Source: the human T2T-CHM13v2.0 reference genome, Homo sapiens. Taken from it: a DNA stretch of 64,000 nucleotides. Made by a program: the position numbers and the translations under genes. Below the pieces are notes generated by a model. The model did no database searches and was not told where the DNA came from. It worked only from the letters and a program-made list of their open reading frames with translations. Where the stretch lies: the NCBI RefSeq assembly GCF_009914755.1, contig NC_060932.1. One strand, written 5' to 3'. Positions 53,182 to 64,000 of this stretch are shown piece after piece. Position 1 is the first letter of the stretch. Each line of letters opens with the position of its first letter.

Positions 53182-55309
53182 AAAATTGTTTATGTGAAGA
53201 TAACACCTTCCCTGTAGGGCATAGCAATCCTATGTTTTAAACATGTCTAGAGAGAAGTGGAGAGGGACTCTCCTTGTGGTCACTCTAATGGGAGCCAGCT
53301 ATTTATTCTAATTCCAGTCTTAGCAAGTCCCATGTTCTCTGTGGATCTTGCCTCTCCAAGGTCCTTCTTTAAAGTATGGGTGCTGGGTCCAAGCCAGATA
53401 TTCTAATCTGGCTTGTGATGTGACCTGGGTAGTAAGGATTTTTGAAAGCTCCTTGAAGCTTGAATTGTAGGCATGACTATAGGGCATTGGTTGGATCAGT
53501 GATTTGTCACTTGTGGGAGGCTAAAAATAATCTTCTTGAGGGTCTTGTCAAACTACATATGCTGAAGTCTTCTGCATTCTCTTCCTCACTGTCCCAGGTA
53601 ATTCCAATGACCATCATCTCCTCTCCCTCAACTAATATGAGAAACATAACATTAGAAAGCCCTTTTCAGAGAAAATATGTTCATGAATCTCAGTTGCAGG
53701 AGCTTGGGTTCATTGTCAGCTGAGTTTGTGCCTCATCAAGGTCCTTATTGAGATTGGTAAGACAGTCAGTCATAGTTTAGGCTGCACGTGTACACATAGT
53801 CCACCTATCCTTTTTGAATCCTCAGAGTCGGTCAAAGCTTACAGGTAAAATATAGCACTGGAGCTTAAAATCAAATTGCAGAATGATAACAAAACTTCAT
53901 TATTTTGTTGAGAAATTAAGTTTGACAGGCTATGAATAATTTAGAAGATGATCTGAAGAACAAAGGAATAAAATTTTATTATAAATTCAACATTTCTGTG
54001 GGGGTATTAAGCCCTGCCAAGGGTTATTTTCCTTGACTTCATAAAAATCAGTGGTGTCAGAGGGAACTTGAACAATCCTGGGAATTTTAACTGTAGTGTC
54101 AGGGTGTGCTTAGTATAGAATAATCCCAAGTGGAAACAATTTTCTACATATTTAGTCATTGTAAGCCAGTTTAGATATCCATGAGATCAGAAATTTGGCA
54201 GTACAGGAGAAAGGGAGCTTGCCAACTTAATGCTGTTTAATATTAATTAAATTTGATATAACACAGTTATATATTTTTCAGATATTCCCAGGCAGAATGC
54301 CAGAGAAGAAGAAATAAATCTATATTCATATTATACATAGTTAAATTATATTATCAAAATTTATTCATAATTATACATTCACATTATGTAATATATATTA
54401 TCATATCTTCTAATTTTCTGAACATTTCTAGAATAACTGAAAAGGAGGAATGGATTGCCAAATCAAAAATTTTCATGAAATAGAAAAATTTACTTGTGTA
54501 CTGACACAAGTATTGTTCATACAAATACAAATTCTCTGTATAGTATGAAGAAGGCTAAAATAATACTACATGTCCTGCACAATAAACATACAGGAGTGGG
54601 ATCAATTAAAGTTGCCCAGAATTTTGTGAGAAGATACCATGGAGGAGGTGATTACTTAGCTGTGTTTTAAAGCATTTCTAAGACTATCCAATACCACTGG
54701 GAAACACTATTACTGAAGTGTTGCTACCTTGGAAAGGTATCCGGTAACATTTAAAGAACAAAAGGAGGATCGCAATCTTGATGGATATCCACTGCATCAA
54801 AACTTTGATGGCTTTCTCTTTAGGGTGATGATCACATCTTACACATGCAATAAAACTGTCATTGTTTCTTTGTCCTCTGGTACAAGTGTGTGATATTTAC
54901 AATAGGGCAAGAAGTATTCAATTTCTACTGAGTATCCCAATTTCTGTTATAGTCTTTCTAATATTTAGATGATTAATAATTAATGAAATGTATAGAAAAT
55001 TAAATTAGGCTTCTCAGCATTGGCTTTAATGTAGCAGACACACTGGTTGTACATATGGGAGAGAGTGGAAAAAGTTGTGGCTACGGGGTCATAGAACCTG
55101 GGTCCATGATCCTTGTCATGTTCTAAAACTCACCCCACAAACCTCAGATTTTGTTAGATATAAGAGAGTGGATAAATCTATACTTCACAAGCCAGAATGA
55201 TTAATAAATTCAGTGGGGAGTTTTGAAAATATGCGGATTCTCAAGAATGATTAGCCCTAATTTATGTATGAAGTAAGCCCTAGGAAAGTGCATGTATAAA
55301 AATCGTCCA

Positions 55310-56230
55310 GAAGAGATTGCGGCTTCCAACCAAGATGGGATAACAGAAACTATGTTAACTCTTCTGCAGAAACTAAAAAACTAGACAAAACATATGACAC
55401 AATGATTTTTAAAACATTAGGTACCAGACAACAGAAGGCAATAACTCCTGAGAGATAGAAAACAAATGAGGTGAGCCCTGCAGTTATCTCAGCTAACTGC
55501 TTTGAGAGAATTTCCAGGTTGTATTGTTGGTGGGAGGGATCCAGATTGAGCCTGGTGGTCTCTGTGCATTGGGGAAATTGACTTGGGAATCTAAGGAAGC
55601 TGAAGTTTCTAGAGTTTACAGGGTAAAGTACCAGAGAAGAGAGAGTAGTACACAGAGAGGACTCTGAAAAACTGCAGAGTTGTCCCTCTAGTCTTCATCT
55701 GAGTACTAATCAGTTGCACACATGTAGAAAACTACACAAGGACAAGGAAAAAGGCAATATCAACTCTTGATAAAAACTGTCAGCAAACCAGAATAAAAAA
55801 GAAATGCACTCAACTTATTAAAGGGCATTTGTGAAAACCTATAGCTAACATTGTACTTAAAAATGGAAAAATTATTTTTCTTTAAAATCAGGACCAAGAA
55901 AGGATTATCTGCTCTCATCACTTCTATTCTATGCTGTGTTGGATGTTCTAACTAGTGCAATTAGGCAAGAAAAAGAAAAAAATGCATCCAGATGGAAAAT
56001 GGTGAAGTAAACCTGTCTTTACTTGCAGGTGGCCTCATTTTTTAAGTAGATAATCTCATGGAGTTTATGTAACAGTTATTTGAACTAATAATTAAGTTTA
56101 GCAAAGTTGCAAGATAGAAGATTAACATACAAAATTCAATTGTATTTAAATATGTTAGCAATAAGTACTTGGAAATTGAATAAATATCATTATTAATAGC
56201 ATATAAACATGAAATACTTAGGAGCAGCAG
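55310..56230 (+). mobile_element. Old L1M: 5' UTR joined to an ORF2 fragment
   Basis: CTTCCAACCAAGATGG 5' start; ORF2 motifs from ~55760 (AAACCTATAGCTAAC, GCAATTAGGCAAGAAAAAG, TTAGCAAAGTTGCAAGATA). Confidence 0.75.
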
Positions 56231-56630
56231 GTGGGAAAGAAGAATGTATAATCCAAGTATATAATAAGTCATATTCTTAAAATTTTTACAGCATTTTCTA
56301 CTAGCTTTGAAGATATTGGATGTTAGTAGTGAGTGGTGATTATTAAATGAGAAAAACACATGCGCAGAAAATGAGGAACAAAGTATGGCACTTATATTGG
56401 GAATTTTGTAATGCTGGTAAAAAAAATATGTGGTTTTCAAGCACCCCGCTTCCTCCAAGTCATGGTTTCTTTTAGAATTTGGGATTGTAGAAACATTCCT
56501 TTCTGTGGAGAATAATGCAAGCTATGCGATTTGTTCTATTTCCATTGCTGCTATGGTTAGCTGAAAGCTCAGAACTAATGATGAATTACAGTCTTTATAA
56601 TTATAAAATACCTATCAATTTTATATCTGA

Positions 56631-56842
56631 CTATATTAGTTCTGCTGCAGAAACTAAAAAACTAGACAAAACACATGACACAATAATTTGTAAAACAGTA
56701 GATATCAGACAACATAAGGCAATATCTCCTGAGAGATAGAAAACAAATGAAGTGAGCCCTGCAATTATTTCAGCTAACTGCTTTGAGAGAATTTCCAGGT
56801 TGTGTTGTTGGTGGGAGGGATCCAGATTAAACCTGGTGGTCT
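56631..56842 (+). repeat. Local duplication of 55350-55561
   Basis: Ungapped alignment; ~14 mismatches over the 198-nt core. Confidence 0.95.
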
Positions 56843-58459
56843 GGATGTATATCTGATGTATATACATCTGATGTATCTTTCCTTTGGTGCTAGTTTTTTG
56901 TTTCAATTAACTTTCTTATAAACTGACTATTTCTTATTGAGAAGAGAGGAAAAAATAAGTATGTATGCACGTTATAAAGATATGTGTAATTGTATGTAAT
57001 ATATATATATGTACATGGAAAACCCTAGCTACATATTTATCCACATTCACTCAATAAACATGTAGGAACTACTGAGGCAGATTTTATAAAAATTCTACCT
57101 GGAAACTAGTCTCATTATTGTACACTCACCCAGCATGGTGTGTGTGTATGTGAGTCTATCTTGTGTGTCTGTGTCTACCTTGATTCCACTGAATCTCATT
57201 CTTTAGGGACGTTGGGTTGAAAGAAAATCCATCCTTTTTTGGCCAAGGAGGATGAGGCGTTAGTTAATTAAATTTCTCGTAGGCATTTTTCCTGATGCAA
57301 TAATACTAAATCCAGGGATAAGTTGTCTTGGCAACTGCTTTGGCAACTGTTACTAACGTGCTTTTTAGGCTTGTGAATAAACATGTTTGAGAATGTAAAT
57401 CACAAGCTGAGGTTCAACAGATTTTTTTTTCTTGTTCTTCCAAAGAAACTGGACACTAATTGATAATACAGTGTACTTCCATTTATGTTTGAATAATGCA
57501 GCAACATTCAGAGCTCAGTCTTTGGACGATTACATGTATTATTCATGCTTTCAAAATGTAATGAAGATACATACTTAATATCAGTTTTCCAATTAAACTT
57601 TATAACCAAGCTCAGAGATGGTTATAGTTTTTGGCAGAGATTTTTAATTTTCTTCAAATGCTTTCTTGGGATTCACAAAACAGCTTCAAGCATAAACATG
57701 TTTAGCTTGGGGGAAAGGGAGGGGCAAAGACATTGCAAATGTGATGACATACATACGCAAAAATTATTCTGGTGACGAATCTGGCAAAAATTTGACTATA
57801 CTCCTTTTCTCTAGTAATTTCTTTTTAATTAAAAAATACCTTTTAGCATTCAACGCACTGAAAAAATTGGCTAGACAGTCAATTTGTTAACTATCAATTT
57901 TGTGGCCAGCTAATTTACACTTATGTCCTTTCTTAACACTAAAATAATATGTACCAATAGAACTATTTTTACTAGATAATAAAGTAATCCTCACTTACAG
58001 AGGCTTCATATTGAGTTCTTTACAGAATCCTAGGGAATTAAACAATTATGCAAGAGTAAAAGGGGCCCAAGATAATTTTGTCTGAATACTTCACCTTATA
58101 GAAACGGGTATTGAGATTCAGATAAAGCATAAATATCCTAAGCCTATAGTTAACTATGATCAGGCCATGTGTTCCCCAATGTAACATCATAGCAGCCTTC
58201 TCTGAATATAGTTCTGGCTAAAACAACCCCTTCATAATATTTTTTCTTCTTTATAGAGATGACATGGTATGGTTTAAAAATATGGGCTTCTGGGTTATGT
58301 AGATGTTGGTTTAAATTTGTGTTACTTACATTGAAAACAACAACAACTAACTTCCATAATCTTGATGCTCATCTAATTCTTATGATCAGGTAGTGACTTC
58401 CCTGTCTATAAAATACATGGAGGGTTTCTACCAGCTGGAGGTTATAAAAATGACAAAGG

Positions 58460-58628
58460 GCTAAAAATTCCATAGAGAGCTTCAACAGTAGACTCAATCA
58501 AGCCGAAGAAAGAATCAATGAACTCAGAGACAGGTCATTTGAAATTACCCAGTCAGAGGAACAAAAAGGAAAAAAAAAAAGAGTAATGAAAGCCTGTGGG
58601 AATTATAGGACACCATCAAGCGAAACAC
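58460..58628 (+). mobile_element. Isolated internal L1 ORF1 fragment flanked by a direct repeat
   Basis: Translates IESFNSRLNQAEERINELRDRSFEITQSEEQKG (from 58472); TAAAAATGACAAAGG / TAAAGATGACAAAGG flanks. Confidence 0.85.
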
Positions 58629-59034
58629 TAAAGATGACAAAGGAAATTTGTGAGACGCTGATCCCCCTCTGCCATGAGAACTTTATAAAGTGTACAACAC
58701 ATGGGTATAGTCAATAGCTCTACAGAACAAAATGTGTTTTACAATTGGTTTTCATTTAGTGCCCACTGGTGAACTGTTTCATTTTGGGTTGCTAAGGAAG
58801 AGGCTGCTGGCTTGTTCTGTTGGAATCTTTTTCTCTGTGACCCATTTTGCTCTTTTTCCATGTAGCTTATTGGGCAACAAAAACCTTGCTTCTTAGTTCT
58901 TTATATGTCACAGTTTTCAAAGCCTGCAAGATACTACAGCTCTCTCTCTAGCACAATGTGCTTAGCTCTTTTTTTAAGCCCAGCACCTCTGAAGTATATG
59001 ATACGTTCCTTCAAAGAGAGTCACTTATGAGGGC

Positions 59035-59546
<512 letters not shown>

Positions 59547-59974
59547 CTACAAGTTGAGTGGAGATATATGGGGAGCCTGGTTCTCTACCTCCCTTTCTTC
59601 CCACTTTCCTCAACTCTTTCTACTTCAAGATTTTTGGCTACGTGCTAAGGTAATCTAGGCCAAATAGCATTCCTAGTGTTATTATTCCAAGGAAACATAT
59701 GTGCTTTTTAATGGAATCCTTTTGGGGGCAGTCTAAACTGGAAAAAAAAATTTCAAGCTCTATAGAATCCTGGTAGGGAAAATCCTTTGAAGTTAAAATG
59801 GTTGTCTTACGTCCCTCAAACCACACCTGTGGATAATCATTCACTGCCAGTTTAGAACACAGGCCTAGTTGAGCATCACCATTATTACTGCTGTTGATAT
59901 TTCTTGATCTGCTATAGTAATATTTTACCCTCTTTAAATAATCTGATATATGTTTTAAGACAAATAGCTTTTAC

Positions 59975-60137
59975 ATTTTATTTTCTTCTGGAGAAAGGGT
60001 CTCACTCTGTTGCCCAGGCTGGAGTGCAGTGCTATGATGTCACAGCTCACTGCAGCCTTGAACTCCTGGCCTCAAGTGATCCTTCTGCCTTGTCCTCCCA
60101 AAGTGCTAGAATTACAGGCTTGAGCCACCGCACTTGG
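59975..60137 (-). mobile_element. Monomeric Alu (FRAM/FAM-like or arm-recombined AluJ)
   Basis: Single ~160-bp arm running from GGGTCTCACTCTGTTGCCCAGG to CCCAAAGTGCT...GAGCCACCGC. Confidence 0.8.
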
Positions 60138-60146
60138 ATGGGACTC

Positions 60147-60546
60147 TGACATAGTTTGGATGTTGTCCCCCTCCAATCTCATGTCAAAATGTAAGCACCA
60201 ATGTTGGAGGTGGGGCCTGGTGGGAGGTGATTGGATCATAAGTGTGGATTTCCCTCTTGGTACTGTCATCATAATAGTGAGTTCTCATGAGATCTGGTTG
60301 TTTAAAAAAGTGTAGCACCTCCCGTCCCTCTCTTTCTTGCTCCTACTCCAGCCATGTGATATGCCTACTTCCACTTTGCCTTCTGCCATGATTGTAAGGT
60401 TCCTGAGGCTCCCTGGAAGCCAAGCTGTTGCCAGCATCATCCTTCCTGTATAGCCTTCAGAACCATGAGCCAATGAAATCTCTTTTCTTTATAAATTACC
60501 CAGTCTCAGGTATTTCATTACAGCAATGCAAGAACATACTAATATA
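60147..60546 (+). mobile_element. MSTA/MSTB MaLR solo LTR
   Basis: TGACATAGTTTGGATG...TTATAAATTACCCAGTCTCAGGTATTTC; TSD GACTC/GACTG. Confidence 0.92.
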
Positions 60547-60898
60547 GACTGTATTATAAAAACAGGTAACGATTTCATTTTTTAAGCTCTGCTCATCTAT
60601 TTCTAGTCTCCCATTCCCATGAGTTATGTAAATACAGATAGCACCTGCACCACAATAGTTTCTTTAACTCTTGTGCTCATTCATTGCAGGAACACCACAC
60701 TTCCTTCTAGTAGTACTGTAGGGAAACAAAAAGAAACGAGATGAACACAGGCATTCGTTGTCTGGGGTGTAGCCCTTAGAAAGGTTTCTTAGTTTCAGTA
60801 CAAATTTCTCTCTTTTATGTTTGGTGTCTGGCTTGGAGATTTTTTTAGGGGGAGAAATTTTTGTATCTCAGCTTCTGAAGTCACATCCTTTAACAGTA

Positions 60899-60900
<2 letters not shown>

Positions 60901-60948
<48 letters not shown>

Positions 60949-61012
60949 AGGTCTCACTATACTGCTCAGGCCAGTCTTTACTCCTGGCCTCAAGTGATCC
61001 TTTTACCTTGGC
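60901..61012 (-). mobile_element. FLAM/AluJ fragment with tail replaced by (TG)n
   Basis: (TG)~21 at 60901-60943 then GGTCTCACTAT...CCTGGCCTCAAGTGATCC. Confidence 0.75.
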
Positions 61013-61462
61013 ATTCTCTTGAACATTGATATTTGAATACATGACCTGTCATCACTGAAGCCTAGCTCTGTTCCATCAAGATTTGGCTTTCTAGACCCCA
61101 GCTGGCTCATCGCCCAGTCAAGTAAGAATCAAAGGTCAGCGCCTTCTTGGGAGCTGAGTACAGGGCTGTTGTCTAAAGCTGTAGTCCAATCAATTATACC
61201 CTAAAATGGTGCCCAAATGTACCATTTAACTCGCCATGATGACTGCACTGGTCCATTCCGCAATGTTCCCAACTCCTCTTAGCTGCCAAAAAGATCCTTT
61301 TTATACTTTTTTCTGATGGTTTGAACAGTCTGATTTTTTGCACCTTCATAAAATCCTTCACATCTAAAGTGGTGTGGTACCAAAATAATTTGTGCCCCAC
61401 TGATCACTCACTGATGAGCAATTTGATCAATTAGCTGAACACTTAAAGAAAACTGTAGTGTT

Positions 61463-61817
<355 letters not shown>

Positions 61818-62256
61818 TCATTAAATTAATATTTTGGTGCTGTTATAGAACCTCTGTCTGGGTACATTTTTTCATTTAACAGCAATAAAAATTATTAGTG
61901 AGTTTTCATTATTAGCTTTCCTTGTAGATAAGGAAATTGAAGCATAGGGTGTTTAAGTAAATTATGCAAGACATCACAGCATGTAGTAGTAGAGTTGGCA
62001 CACAAAACCAGGTCTATTTGGCCCCAGTTACAAGTATTTCGACTTATCACCCATTTAATCCAGTTGAAAAAGCAGACGTATGTGAAGAATGTAATTCATA
62101 CGTGATATTTAGATTCCAGGTGCCTTTACCAGTGAGTCTAATCTATTCACTATAGCCGACCTGACAAGACTTGGAAATTAAGATATTTGTCTGAATTCGT
62201 TTGTGTCTTTGAAGAAAATGTATTTCTTTAACGGTATCACAAAGTCCAATTTTTCA

Positions 62257-62640
<384 letters not shown>

Positions 62641-62955
62641 AGTATATGCTTGTATAATATATGTACGTGGGTATTTTGTTTCCCATATACACACATGTAA
62701 GTCCAGTCTTGAACTTTGATGTTTGTTCCTGAATTTTTTCTTTTAGGATGGAAAGAAATTTCATTTTCTGAAGATACTGATTTAAAACGTTGGTTTTCAA
62801 TTTGAGTTTATCTAGCAGCTTGCCATGTGGCTTTGACTAAGGCAATTAATTCCTGGGCCTTCCGGTTGTCTACTTAAAAAATGGGAAGGAGATCTGTGTT
62901 ACTGTTTATATGTATTTTTTTTTTCTCACGGAAGTAAAGACTTATAAGTGTATTT

Positions 62956-63259
62956 TTAAAAAATATATTTTATTTTAAATTCTGGGGTACTTGTGCAGAA
63001 CGTGCAGGTTTGCTACAAAGGTAAACGTGTGCCATGGTGGTTTGTTGCACCTATCAACGCATCACCTAGGTATTAATCCCCGCATGCATTAGCTATTTTT
63101 GATGCTCTCCCTCCCCCAGTCTCCCTGGGAGGCCCTGGTGTGTGTTTTTCCCTTCCCTGTGTCCATGTGTTCTCAATGTTCAGCTCCCACTTATGAGTGA
63201 GAACATGTGGTGTTTGGTTGTCTGTTCCTGTGTTAGTTTGCTGAGGATGATGGCTTCCA
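62956..63259 (-). mobile_element. 5'-truncated L1PA (PA7-PA10-like) 3' end
   Basis: GTGCAGAACGTGCAGGTTTG...GCTCCCACTTATGAGTGAGAACATG; TSD TTATAAGTG(T/G)ATTT at 62942-62955 and 63260-63273. Confidence 0.93.
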
Positions 63260-63550
63260 TTATAAGTGGATTTGACATAACCAATTCTTTGTCCTTAAGT
63301 ACCTTGTCCTCTCATGGCCTCTGTCACTTGCTATTCAACAGGGATAAATCAATCCTGCTCATGTAAACTCCACACCATACCTACTGTTCATGTCTGCATC
63401 TGTAGCATTCTCTTCATGGAGCAACCAGAACTCTCTTTTCCTTATAAATATTTATTTTCCAGAAATATCAGAATATACAGAACAAGGAAAACCTAAGGCC
63501 ATCTGAGATACACCTGTTTTAAGGAAGCTGTTGTAAGTGTCGCTCCAGAG

Positions 63551-63569
63551 TGCCCACAAGGTGGCAGCG
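63551..63569 (+). promoter_or_regulatory. Candidate CTCF site TGCCCACAAGGTGGCAGCG
   Basis: Close match to the CTCF core CCASYAGRKGGCRS in non-repeat sequence; motif only. Confidence 0.5.
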
Positions 63570-64000
63570 TCTCAGAACATTAGGCCAGCAGAAGTCCTGA
63601 GTCCTGGCCTTGGCGGTTGAACTGGGCTTCATAGCTTAGTTATACTGAGATAATAGGGTCAAGTGCCTGCCAAGTGATAGCTACAGGGAGGTCCACCAGC
63701 CAACAGTCTAGAAAACCACTTTTTGACAGTATTTTCTAAAAAGCAGTAGCAACATCACTCTTCCATTTTAGAGTGCTTTATTCAGAAAAAAAAAAAAAGA
63801 GCTTTCGGAATGCTTTATTTCACTTAAGAATGTAAAACCTACACTGGTGAGAAAAAAAAAAGGAGGGAGCAGACTCTTCCTTATATTTTCCTGTCATTCA
63901 AAGTCATTGATTCTCAACCTTGACTTTACATTAGAATATCTTGGGGAACTTTTAAATCACTCTCTGGGACAGAGACCCAGAGATTAATTTTTGAAAGCAC

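Noticed and set aside
53200-53790. Possible CR1/L3 remnant (also ~4900-5150)
   Set aside because: Similarity is too weak to call by eye.

Overview
Mammalian genomic DNA, almost certainly human: it carries an AluYa5 with all five diagnostic bases. The window is AT-rich, CpG-poor, intronic or intergenic, and roughly half is recognisable interspersed repeat (Alu, L1/HAL1, L2, MIR, MaLR/ERVL LTRs, hAT and Tigger DNA transposons). I recognise no protein-coding exon. The ORF track is explained by Alu, L1, LTR and microsatellite frames or by chance. Repeat subfamily names come from my memory of consensus sequences and need confirming with RepeatMasker/Dfam; boundaries of old elements are approximate. 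The most notable observations are: (1) an ancient full-length U6 snRNA fused to an L1MA/MB 3' segment inside one target-site duplication (TSD); (2) four short insertions copied from sequence 1-2.8 kb away, three of them bracketed by 9-10 bp direct repeats; (3) a tailless internal L1 ORF1 fragment inside a 15-bp direct repeat; (4) a decayed Tigger/Jerky-type DDE transposase without visible terminal inverted repeats (TIRs); (5) a twin-primed, 5'-inverted old L1 with a nested Tigger-family MITE; (6) a young, possibly polymorphic AluYa5; (7) a few candidate non-coding exons and transcription-factor motif clusters. I found no evidence for a wholly new gene system.
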